Source: Takakia lepidozioides (Eukaryota > Plantae > Bryophyta). Taken from it: a stretch of DNA of 64,000 bases. The stretch is from assembly GCA_030704615.1 (NCBI GenBank), contig CM060731.1, positions 82,832,001 through 82,896,000 of the forward strand, in the 5' to 3' direction. The notes beneath the pieces are model-generated. The model did not search any database and had not been told where the DNA came from. It saw only the letters and a list, made by a program, of their open reading frames with translations. Both the position numbers and the translations under genes were made by a program. This document shows positions 10,901 to 22,231 of this stretch, piece after piece (position 1 is the first letter of the stretch; each line of letters opens with the position of its first letter).

Positions 10901-13219
10901 CGCAATGTTCAGGTCCTTCAAAGTCTGATCCAGCACAATGACGGCGCGCTTTTCGAGCTGCAAATAGAATATTTGTCAGAATTGCAAAAAAGAAACACAT
11001 CACATACTTGAAGATAAGAAACAGCATGTTCGAATACACACCTGACTCCAAAATGTAGCCTTGTGGAGCCAGTTATCAAACACCAAATCACTGATTCCTT
11101 CCACCTTTGTGCCAGGCTGTATGGTGCTCTTTGGGAACTGATTCAAGTCCTTTACTGTTTGATCTGAGTTCCATATCTCCAGCCACCTTATTTTTGTTTG
11201 TGGGTCGACCATCGATATGGCCAGCCGGTGCAATTTCTCCTGCTGCATCTCCGGATGCACATGCTTGTCATAGTGTGTTTTGATCTGCTGAAGGAACTCA
11301 GGACCAAGTCCAGGATCTACTATTCTAAGCTGCTTTCCGAAGGCTGACATCAATTTGGTTCTTCGCATCTCAAACTCCTTCTTTATTGCAGCTTCCACAC
11401 CCTTTGATGTCCTTAGTTCCTCTGGTGTAGTGCGGTAATATTCGGATTTTCCCTTCTCAGCTGCCTCTGCCAGTTCTTGCTGCATTCATTCAAGTAGTGA
11501 TTAGCTCCGAAGGGACTCTAAACATGTATTCGAAAAGTAAACAGATTACAGACTCGGGCTTACCGCATACATGTACTCCAGAAACGCCTCTCGTGTCAAA
11601 GAATACCAAGTGCCTGCAGCTCTTCCTGTTTCGCACTTCTTGATGATATTGGGTGGTAGTACTGTCCGAAAATCATCCAGCTTCATCAGACCAATCCTCT
11701 GAATTCGGAATAGTGTGTGAACCAAGCTTGTTGTCACATGCGATTTCTCTGTCGATCTGCAAAAACATTGAAAACATTGCATTCCTTAACACTGTTTTTT
11801 GAGGATCAACAAGACACTACAGAGGGAATCAAATCTCCTGGATGACTTACTTGTTCACGTCGTGCATAGCTGTAAGAAGCCTAGCGATGTCGTTTCCTGG
11901 ATCCAAAACCATTGCCTCCACAGCAACATGCTTGTCTTTGTCTTTCGAATGGTGTTTCTGAATGTATCCCATCCATGCCAGCAATCGGTGGTTGCCGTCC
12001 CAGACGTAGAACATGTGGTTGCAAAATTGCTGGGTGTTCTTTCCCATCATGAGGCCCAGCTCGAACTCCTCATTGGCATCTTTCCAGCACTCATCCCAGT
12101 TATCACTGATCTCTGGAGAAACTAATGTGCTTTTCCCATTTATATCCGTCAGTGACACATAAAAAACTTGTGCACCAAGTCTATATCCATGCACAAAATC
12201 ACTCTCCAATTTTGTTATGTCATGGGAAAGAGGTGGACGCACAACAGGCATTGATATCATCCGGCACAGAGGTATGTCCAGACGCCCTCCAGATACGAGC
12301 ATGTCCCTTATAACCTCCTGAGAGTTTACCTTCTGGAATGACATGAGTTCTTTCACCTTGTCAAGGTAGTGCACTTCGGATTCATCTGCTTCATCTGTAT
12401 TCTCTGAGCTTTTTGCGGACTCGTCCCCATCTCCAGATCCTTTCCCCTCTGATCCTGTAGGCTTCGACCTCACAGTTTTCTGCACGATGCCATTCAGTTC
12501 TGACTAAGTCATTTGCAAATAGTGAATGGCGGTAACGACAATCACTCTGTATCAAGGAAACTCACCATGAATGGTGTGAAAGAATTCAGCACAATCTACA
12601 CATGCAAAGCCGAGACTGCCGTATTCAAAACAAAAGTGAGAGCGATAGCGAACGGCGTTAACGACAATCACAAAAGATAACAACCTGCCGGATCGGTGTT
12701 GTGTAATGACATATATGTGCAACTGATTGGCGGCAACGACATTCAGTGTAGTTTAGGGAGAATAGTAAGTGCAGACTCTCTCTTCAAACACATAGGTACA
12801 TAAATCTCATGAGCAGAATCGAATGGCGTTAACGACGCTCGCGATTCAGTAGTTCCTGCTAAAGAATGGAAGAGGAAGGACTCCTTGAAAGGCAATCACA
12901 TAGACTATATGATAAAACTTACTGGCACCTTCTTAGGTTTTGAACTTTGATCCCCTTCTGCAGCTTTCCTCTTCCCTCTCACATCTGCTGGAGTTTCTGT
13001 CTGCGCAAGGGTTTCTTGACCTTCTTCAGGTTCGGCGTTCCGCGTGCTTCCACCTTCTTCAGTGTCCCTGCGATTCATCTCTGCCTCCACAGGCTGGCGC
13101 ACTCTTATCGCCGGCTGTGTCGCAGCCGCTGCCTCAGTCTCCGTCTGCTCTTGTGAATCAGTCTCCGCGTTCACCTGCTGCCTTGGCCCTGTGTTCTCCA
13201 ACAAACGACGCCTCGTCAT
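7912..13219 (-). CDS. Multi-exon ParB/Srx-like domain + beta-class (N4C/N6A) DNA methyltransferase-fold fusion protein, ~1100 aa
   Basis: Phase-compatible GT-AG exons 13219-12923, 12479-11851, 11756-11564, 11479-11042, 10957-10731, 9785-9134, 9020-8682, 8486-8201, 8105-~7920 (possible last exon 7840-7673). ParB box FYVWDGNHRLLAW; MTase motif IV-like ADIVILDIPD...NFLSDAGTLLLF; motifs X-I-II WRGAKEKSPAFMQILLESCS..ARVVDLSVSTGATYHACKAGGRSLFGMEGD. Confidence 0.82.
9927..10650. repeat. Intronic array of 7 palindromes TGAATGTCGTCAACGACATTCA
   Basis: Copies at 9927, 10033, 10194, 10302, 10397 (degenerate centre), 10508 and 10629, all within intron 10730-9786. Confidence 0.92.
12523..12841. repeat. 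Second intronic array of 4 more degenerate palindromes (TGAATGGCG-NN-ACGACAWTCA)
   Basis: Copies at 12523, 12649, 12724 and 12820, within intron 12922-12480. Confidence 0.75.
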
Positions 13220-14074
13220 TTTCTCTCTTGCTCTGCGTCTCTCTCTAAGGGAAGTAAAATAAAGAGACTTTCTTCTCTTTCGTATTCTAGAAGGAACCCT
13301 CTCCAGCTTGACTACCACTCTCCCTCTAAGCGCGAAAAGTAGAAAAACGCAGTGACTCCCGATTTCTTGCGGGATTGCCTGTGTTCTTGCGTGTCTCTAG
13401 AAGCATCGGATTCCCTCCCGCGTGACCGTTACACATAGTCGTTTCGATATTAGTGCACATGCCAGCAATTGGTGTACAGCTGTTCGTATTCAGTTATGGA
13501 TGTCTGACGTGTGCCGCCCAAAACAAAACGGCGTGTTCTAAATTATAACTGGTTCAATATTTAAAAAGAACAGCGAATCCCAGAAATTGATGCGCAGTCT
13601 TAAACAAATAAATATAAATGAACGAGAGTTTGATGACAAATTTTGGAATATCATACACGGTCATCCTTGTTATCCAAACCCCACATTCGTTGCACATTTG
13701 GAACTTTCCAGGTGCGCATGATCATTGGTAGTAGTATATAGATACATTTACTTAATCTGCAATCCCATTCTCGGATCCTGTGGCATGCTTCCAGGAAGTC
13801 GGCTTTGTTATTGGGTTTATTGATGAGGTTCTGATTAACGGTTTAACAGTTGCCGACACTGCCCCTATGGATTCTCTGACCACTGGGCCCACAAGAAAAG
13901 TAATTAAAATGGACGGCTGCATATCTGGAATGAATAACAGAATATGCACAGTCGTTATCTGAGCTTCCTCCGCCATATGCTCTGCTCATTCTTCAACTGT
14001 GTTCTGGAGACAGCAGTAAACCGATTTACACTAGATCTGCGATAGCAAGGTACAAACATACTCGAGGAAGGAAG
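13220..14074. promoter_or_regulatory. Putative bidirectional promoter region between cargo gene and transposase
   Basis: Head-to-head starts at 13219 (-) and 14075 (+); AT-rich centre ~13540-13750; inferred from arrangement only. Confidence 0.45.
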
Positions 14075-17000
14075 ATGGCTTCCTCTGAAGCGGAGTTCTT
14101 CTCAGACGACAAACCAGTGCCGTTCTCCCAGGAAGTCCTTGACAATGGATTTGCAATTGTTCTGGAACATGTCTTGGCTACCCGTTTTCAGCTGCAGAAT
14201 GGCTCCATCTTTTTGGAGAAAGAGGTTTACGATCTGAAAGGGAAGTTGGTGAAATATTCTTTCCAAAACCGTGATGAGACGGCTCATATCAGCCAGTGGA
14301 GAGTGCGTCCTGGTCGATACAGAGTACTTGGAGAGCCTCGGCGAAAGTCCCTTGGGTCATATGTGACGCCCGGGACTGCTGCTTCGGTCGTTGAAGACAA
14401 GAGGGAGGTGGTGGTGAAAAAAGAACAGACTTCCTCCACTCCAATCGTTGAGCTTTCGGATTCTTCCGATGATGACATAAGTGAAATTCCAAATCCAGTC
14501 CTTCCTACTGTGGTTGCAGAAGCTGATGAAGAAGAGATTTGTAGTGTCATTCCAAAATTGCGGGCGATGGGAGGAATGGCTGGATTCAAAAGTGAGTTGC
14601 GGGGAATTGATTGGGAATCTTTGAAGCAGGTGCCTGTGAAGTTCTTGCCGGAGACTTTTGATGGCGATATCCTATTCGAGCTGCCTCCTCCTCCGCGAGT
14701 TGGAGGTGTAACAATCATGATGCATGGAATGGACAAGAAACACGACGGGCACCCGTGGTGCAGAACAAAAACATCCAATATTCAGAATGATGACAAGCTT
14801 GTTTTCAGGAGGACAGTTTGCAATGGACACCTTAGGTGTGATAATTTGAATTGCAGACACTTTCTTCAGTCTGGAGTTCATAATCAAAGCGAATGGGAGG
14901 GTCTGGCGGAGAATCCATTTCAGCCTGGGACTGCCCCTCCACCGGCAAACACTTTCGTCTGCAAATTCTGCAAACTTGTGCCATCCTGCTTGGCGCTCTG
15001 CGGAGCAAGAATGTACTATGTTGTCCACCGTTTGAATACAATGACGAGAGCTTGTGTGCATTTTGGATTCCATAACCATCCTGTCTCGAAGGGGGATTAC
15101 AGGGAGAGTGTTGAGACAGTATCGAGGTTGATCAAACAGGAGTTCGGGAGAAACCCATCCGCAACAACATCTGCAATTGCTCTTGGCGCAAGCAAGTCCT
15201 TCTTGGAAAGCCATATTTTGAGTGAAGGAGATTCTGTGGGGACTAAACTTGACGGTGCAGCATTGGACCTGGTCATGGATCATTTCTCCACTTTAAGTTC
15301 ACCTAACATTCGGCATCAGATCAATGCATTGAGAATGGGCTCTGGGATCAGAGGCTACATAGACAATATTTTGGAATTGAAACGACTGAGCAAGTACGAT
15401 TACATCCAGGACAATGTATTCCCAGGTCAAGGTGCCATCAAAGTTTTTCTTTTCAAAATGTCGACTGTTGGGGAGGGCAGTGGGGTTAGCCTCGTGAAGC
15501 GGATGCAGAAGACTGGGGACTTGCAGAACTGTTTTCTTATGTTTGATCATGTGAAACGAGTGAAGGATTGGACGACAATGGCTTGTCATGTCTACGATCC
15601 AGTGTACCAACGAGTTATGACAATTGCAGTTTGTGACATGCAATCCGAGGATACGGAATCCCAGAAGCTCATGTGGAATTCCCTGATACGTGTCATGGGC
15701 TGCCATGGGCTGCCATCTCCAAATTTCGCAGGTTTCATGGCGGATAGTGCTCAAGCAAATTTCAATGCTATTCGTATTGTCTTCGGATCGGGCGACCCAA
15801 AAGTGCCTATGCCAGGAAGAGAGCGTACATGTCTATTCCATTGGACACAATCTCTGGAAAAACATACAAAGTCGGACATCAAACCAGAGATGCAGACTCA
15901 GCACCGTAAATTGTGCAAAGAGTACAAAGATGCTAGAACAATGAAGGAGGCGGACACTTTGTTCCAGACAATTCGTGCCTGGTGGTTCTCTTCTGGAGCT
16001 GCATCACTTGAGAGTATGAGAGCATTGGAAGATTGGCTGGCGTTTTGGCACTTCCGGTATAGACAGTGGGGAGCAGCCATGACAATGGTACGAGGCTTCT
16101 ATTTCATGCTTTATTCATACATTTGCTTTCCATATTTTTGACTCATTGCTTTCTTTATGTTGTTTCCTGTGCACTATTCTGAAGTGTGGTTATCCTCTTT
16201 GCAGAACATGTCCATTGAGGAAATGGCAGACATGCCATCTTGCAATTTGGCAGAAACTGTGCACAATGCATGGTTGCAGCAGTCTGGGAAAAGAGGTCGG
16301 GATTTGTATGTGGCAACAACAGATGATTTGATACGTGCCTTGCAACAACAAACCCGATACCGTGATTTCTTACGAGGTGGGGTTGGTGGCAAGGGTCCGG
16401 ACAAATCGGAGTTGATGTTGCGTGCTGCAAACAGATCTGGGGATCCAATCAAGATAGCACGGGCGGTGAGCATGTATGCCCAGGGAACGCCACTTGTTTC
16501 TAGAGTTCCACATCTTGAAGGGGAGGAGAGATTCGGCTCCTGTAAGAGGAAATTGAACACTCCACCTGGTTCGGATTCAGATTCCCACAGGGCAGACCGT
16601 GATAACTTCTCGAAGCCTCGTGTTCCCCTGCATGACAGCTCCGTGTCCGGAACCTCCATTGTGGAGGAACCTCCAACACGACGGCAAGCTCCAGCATCAA
16701 ACCGTGCCACTGAAATGGTGCAGGAGAGAAACAACCCCCTTGATGTGCTTGAGTCCGCATGCCCCGACCACGTTTGGCACATAGAACGCACAAGTGTCGG
16801 GTCTCGTGTGAAATGTACAGCGATCAGGGCAACTAATTTCGAGAAGTGCACTTCATCTATATCCAGAGGTGGTGCCCGAACTCCTGCTCCGACTTTCACG
16901 GGCTTGATGCGTCCATACGGTCAACCAGAAGCCAAGAACCACAAGTTCTGGTTCTGCGCAGATGATTGTGCCAGATGTGTGCATGGAACTGTGCGTCCTT

Positions 17001-17590
17001 CCGTAGTGATGAAGCCATCTCCTCCAACCGTTTGGCCCGTGAAGGTGGGAACACATCTCAGCTTTCAGGAGATTGAAATGCTGGAGGAGGCAGGTTTTTC
17101 CCTTGCGAGACAACCCCAACTCCATGCATGTGCTACTACTCCTGCGTCCTCCCGGGTCCCCCCGGCAAATCCTGACTTGTGGCCAACCAAACGAGATGGA
17201 AAGCTCGTTCGGCGTTTCCCTCCAACCGCTGAACACTTTGGCAAAGTGGAGTCCGCAAGAATGCTCCAAGCTCGTGTCGGAAGCACCACGGAAGTACCCG
17301 ATCCAGGATATGGTCGGGTATTCACAATCATCACTTCCACATCTGCTGTTCATGACAGGACCTACGACATCACGGTTTCCAATTTCCCCAATTGCACATG
17401 TCCTGATTTTGTGAATATGCTATCAACCAGTTTGGGCAAGAGAGGTAAATTCATACCCTGCAAACATTTGTATTTCATATTTTTGAGGAGGATGGTTTGC
17501 GATCCCAAACGTGACAACTTCATTCACCAGGCCACTATGAGTTTCAACGAGGTCGATACTCTTTTGCAGCGGGATACAACACATGGGTAG
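14075..17590 (+). CDS. MULE-type DDE transposase with N-terminal GCM-like Zn domain and C-terminal SWIM finger (exons 14075-16087, 16205-17590; ~1132 aa)
   Basis: DGHPWCRTKTSN..FRRTVCNGHLRC..C..C..HFGFHNHP (GCM/WRKY-like); FDHVKRVKDW (D1); FMADSAQA (D2); CLFHW (CxxH); CNLAETVHNAW (E); CTCPDF...PCKHLY (SWIM); phase-0 GT-AG intron; no stops. Confidence 0.9.
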
Positions 17591-20500
17591 CATGAACTAT
17601 GTAATGTGGTATGTGGATGACCATGATTTGAAATGTGTAATTCACATCAATTCGTCGGCTGTGCAATGATATGGCCTCCAACTATACGGAGTGAGGTCTG
17701 AGTGACAACTTTTAGGTAGTGCACATTTGTCATTGCACCGTTCGAAGTCTACATGTCTTGCTGTCGCTATGCACTACAATCATCTTTTGAAGATGATCAT
17801 AACTCTCATTGTTATTTGAGGAGGGAGGAAGTCTTCTCGTGGCAGCCTTTATGGCGCACACTTTGTGAGGATATTTTGTCGTCTTCGTAATTGTAAAAGT
17901 GAAACAAACATTTGTAATTGCACAATGTTGGATGCTGCAATTGTAGGCCTCAACGCTCGTCTTGATTCTATTTAGGCAAGATTCCCTGCATTAATTCCAC
18001 GGTCATAGGACCATCCACGGTTATAGGCGGCGCATGTTAATGCTGACGTGGCAGTTGACGGACAGTGCCACGTCATCATTTACCGCCACATCAGCATGCT
18101 GACATGACGCTCACGCCACGTCAGCATGTGTGCAGGCTCACGCCACGTCAGCTGGCGTGAGCGTACGCTCGCGCGCTCACGTGCAACGCTCACGCCATTG
18201 CGTCGTTGTGGCCCACAAGACAATACCCAAAACATTGTGGAGGTAACAGATGCTATGCGTGCCAAAAAATGGCGTGCAGGTCCAGCCAAGAAAAAGGGTG
18301 AAAGCCTAGAGTGGGGCCAGAATCCAGAAGACAAAAACCAAAACAAGTAAGGACTACAAACAACAAAACAGAAGAAGGCATGAAAAGAAGTTGCATGTGC
18401 CGATTTGTTGTCAAACAATGCTACCTGGACCCTGCTATGGCGGAGATAGTTTATTATGAGAAACAACATGTAAATGGAAGAGGTGAGATATGCCACGGAC
18501 TTTCATGTCAGTTGAACCGAAGTGCAATGGCTCCCCATCTTAGTGATGACATAAAGTCATGGATTTTGCACAATTTTGCGTCTTGGGCTGAGCATAAACA
18601 AGATAATGGCCAAGCACACCATGCGAGTGAAGGAGTTGATGGAGCAAGGGTTGGACGTCAACCGTGACATTTTTCTACTCTCCCAAGACATACGCAATAT
18701 CGCGACGCTATGCGATGAAGAGACATTCAGAAAACACCCAAATGATGCCCAGAGTGTCCACATGTGGGTGCATGAAAATATGGCCAGTGTTTTCTACTAC
18801 CAAGAAGAAAAGAACCACAAGGCTTGGACATCCAGTGACATCAAGCTTGATCTTCCATTCGTTCTTGGCATACAAACAGTGTGGCAGCGAGATCGAATGT
18901 TGAAATTTGGCCATCATAGAATTGTCGCTTGCGACGCCACCTTCGGAACCAATGAGAAGAAGGTGTGATCTCTATTTTTTCTTCATTACAATCGTTGAAG
19001 CCAGGTTTAGGGTGTACTTGCCATACTGCATCCCCACATCGTACAAAGGTCCTCCTCACAACTTTCTCGATTCAAATGTCGAATGGAATCCCAGTTGCAT
19101 TCATCATCACAGCGAGATCAAATGCAATCGATTTGGAGCCATGGATGTCTGCACTGAACGGGAAGCTTCAGGCTGACCAGGCAGGATGGTGCCCACATGC
19201 TTTCATTGTTGATGACGCAGATATTGAAATAAAAGCAATCAGGTGATTGCCAATTCACACCTCTCTGAAATTCCGAGGTTTTCTACACTTCTCCACATTA
19301 TAATGTTGTCACATGTCTTTCTATGTCAGGGCCGTGTGGGGGCAGTCTGCAGTATTTCTATGCCTTTGGCATGTGAGGAAAGCATGGCAAAAGAATGCCG
19401 TGTCTAAGATCAAAGATGCAGATTAGCGTGCATGTGTCATGCAAGACATGTCTAAAATCATGTATAGTGCGTCAAAAAGCGAGGGCGACGCATGTGAAGC
19501 ATGGGCGGTGTGCGAACTTGTGAATTTGCATTTCAAGTATCCCACTCTAAGTGAATTTTGTGACTACTTGGAGCAGGAGTGAGTTCCTAAAGCTAAGATG
19601 TGGACATTGGGTTCTCGCAACATTCCACACGCAGGACAAGACACAAATGCCGCCATTGAAGCTTATCATGGAAATTTGAAGGCACAGCTGAAATGCACAA
19701 AGACTAAACTGGTCAGCAGACGAGTCGATTGGCTCATTCATGAACTCACAGGTGATTTGCTCATTACTGGTATATGTCCTATGCCAAAACATATGGCTTC
19801 ATCCGTAATAAGCGACTCGAAGGCTTCGTCTGTAGCTCTATTTTGCTTGCCAAACAGATTCCGGATTGCAATGTCAACCTTCCGCAGACACAAGGGGGCA
19901 TCGCAACTGTCAAATGTATTTGGGATGACGGGACTCCTTATACGGTTCACAATCCACAGTCCAACTGGGGATGTTGCGATTGTCGTCATGCCCGCAAAGG
20001 GAATATGTGTGCGCATCAGGTCAAGGTTTTGCAAATGATGCACCCCAACTTGGAAGATGGCACCATAGCAAAATATTGTGGAAGCCTTATTGGCAGCAAC
20101 AGAGGAGGCCTTCATTGCCTGTTTGCACCACCTGAATCACCCACATCAATGCGCTCCAAAGCGCCTCCCCTTCCTTCCACACACAACTCATCACCATATT
20201 CGTCTCAGAAAAGTCCAGGACTGCCATTGCTGGGAATGATATCCACTGAGTTCGAGCAGGTTCTCGACATGACAAGACAGAGCACGGTTTTGCAGCAACA
20301 CCTTCTTTCTATGGTTCGAGCAGCCAAAGGGAAAATTTGTGATTTGACGTCCACAATGGAGGAGGGTATTCATCATCCCCAAGACGACCCCACTCTCACT
20401 GAGGTTGACGATGGAAACACCAACTCACTTGTGAGATGGAAGGATTTTCTGGAGGCGCGCGGTAGAAAGCGTCATCTGCCACCTGTGCCTGAATGAACGA

Positions 20501-20810
20501 ATGCGAAGAGACAATTGTACACATCCTGATGAGGATGGGGCAGGCGGAAATTCAGATGTCTTCTTATGACGATTCCATTTTTTCTTGCTCGGCCACAATG
20601 ACATCGCAATATGCTGAGTGTACACGGCGAATACATCCTGCATCGTAACGATTGCCCAATGTTGTCCACCCAATTGACGCATGGCGGGACGCGGTACGCC
20701 AATAGAAATGAAAGCGAAAGCTGGTACGTGTATTCTCCACCTAGCTGGTCATTTTAGATGCATGGGGTCATATGGATGCAATGGCATGCATGGGGAGTGT
20801 GAAGGCATGC

Positions 20811-21032
20811 ATGGGGATGGACGACGATGGCATGCCCAGGATGGGAGGCGGGATGGGGATGCGGGTGAAGACACGTCTCATGTCCCCGCAGCGGGCACAT
20901 GAGGCGCGGGGAGGTGTGCCGCGCGGCGTAGGGGCGACGACGGAGGCGGGGGTGGGCATGGGGTGGCGGGGGGGCCACGCTGGCTGAACCGGCTCCCTCG
21001 CATTCAACTCCAGGCCCCATCTAATGCTTGGC
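20811..21032 (-). repeat. Right TIR of outer MULE
   Basis: Reverse complement of 5706-5926. Confidence 0.9.
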
Positions 21033-22231
21033 CATACCATTACACTTGGCTACAACTTGGTTGCTTGCAGATTCTTCCTGCAGCCCTATATAGTTTTAGG
21101 TCCTAGTGACATGGCCGGGCGGAAGTTTCCCGGCACGGCACTAGGACGCCTGAGAAGTTGGGGCTTATCATTTGCAAGTAATCAGTATGCTTAGTCCTTT
21201 ATACACAGACCTAGACCCACACAAATGCCCCAGACACAAAATTTCATTGAAACAGTGGGCATTAAGAAAGATCAATGCCTTTTTTTCTCTTGCGTAATAT
21301 GCAGGAAAGGGAATTCACCCTATCCTTCCACCGGTATTTCCATCTTTATTTGCTCATTGGCAAGGCAGTGGGAACCTTGTGTGAGATTTAACAGATTATG
21401 GCATTCAGAAGGTATTTTGCAATTGCTATTTTACAGCATTTTTGAAACAAATGAAGACAAGCTGGTTAATTCATAGCCATTACGGGTGTGTATGCAATTT
21501 AGAGACCCTCATATCTCCTCCCACCGAATCAACAAAACGCCTTGGAACTCATCCATCAGGTGTTCCTGGTAAGCGGTTCTCTCAAAGGTTTGGACTTTGT
21601 TAACAAGTTAGAGAAGAGAGAGAGAGTATTGCTTATCTACCTGGAATTTGCTAAGGAAGGAAGAACTGATGCACTATCAATCAAAGATCAAAGATCAAAG
21701 CTCAACCCAACTAAAGCTGCAAGAAGAGCAGATTCTGACAAAACCAAATCTAGCAGCTTTGAGTCTTAATCCAAACCCTATAAACAAGCCATGGAAGTTG
21801 CCATTCACTGATCTAAAAGAAGTAGCCTTAATGACACCTGATAAGCCACCACATCCAAGTAGTCATCATAAGAATCTACAACTCTGCCAAAGACAAAAGA
21901 ACACAAGTCTCACAGCCTACTGTCAAAGTTCAGACCCACACAGATTCCACTGCCAAGTATTGCCAAACCACCATATCTGTTTGGGTTAACATGTGAATTG
22001 TTTATCATACATGCGTTTGGTCATTTGCAGTCTGGCATTATTTTCTACAAACCAGCAAATCAGATACAGGCCAAAAAGCTTATTGCCAAAATCCCTCCTC
22101 AAGATCTTTCTCTGTTCTAACTGGCTCTGAACTGCTGCACAAGTGACGCCTAACAAACAGAGTATTGCTTATTAGGGTAAGTAGCTTCCTCGATAACCCC
22201 CCCAACCATTTAATACAAGAGTAACAGTTGC

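Larger units (their letters stand above)
6886..18208. mobile_element. Nested, apparently intact MULE carrying a transposase and a ParB-like/N4-N6 DNA methyltransferase cargo gene
   Basis: Perfect 9-bp TSD TGGCCCACA (6877-6885 and 18209-18217) splitting the outer transposase exon; imperfect 21-bp termini CAGGGATGCCTCGGCGTGAGC and CAACGACGCAATGGCGTGAGC; subterminal GCGTGAGC and GCCACGTCA repeats; two long uninterrupted spliced ORFs. Confidence 0.92.
6422..20496 (+). pseudogene. MULE-SWIM transposase pseudogene of outer element (pieces 6422-6730, 6862-6885, then 18218-20496), resembling the Arabidopsis AT1G60560/AT4G13970-type SWIM family
   Basis: AYIPWNRVVDFIAGE; YHCAYGP|QDN rejoined across the nested insertion; KRSCMCRFVVK...HVN...CHG; ACDATFGTN (D1); FIVDDA (D2); CLWHVRKAW; TNAAIEAYH (E); SWIM CDC...GNMCAH; several frameshifts and stops. 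Confidence 0.85.
5706..21032 (+). mobile_element. Outer Mutator-like element (MULE) with ~220-bp TIRs, decayed, interrupted by a nested MULE
   Basis: GC-rich TIRs at 5706-5926 and 20811-21032 are near-identical inverted copies; degenerate TSD-like flanks CATGCCAATT and CATACCATT; internal MULE/SWIM transposase pseudogene. Confidence 0.88.

Noticed and set aside
13752-13976. 74-aa minus-strand ORF between the divergent genes
   Set aside because: Short with no recognisable motif; cannot be supported as a third gene
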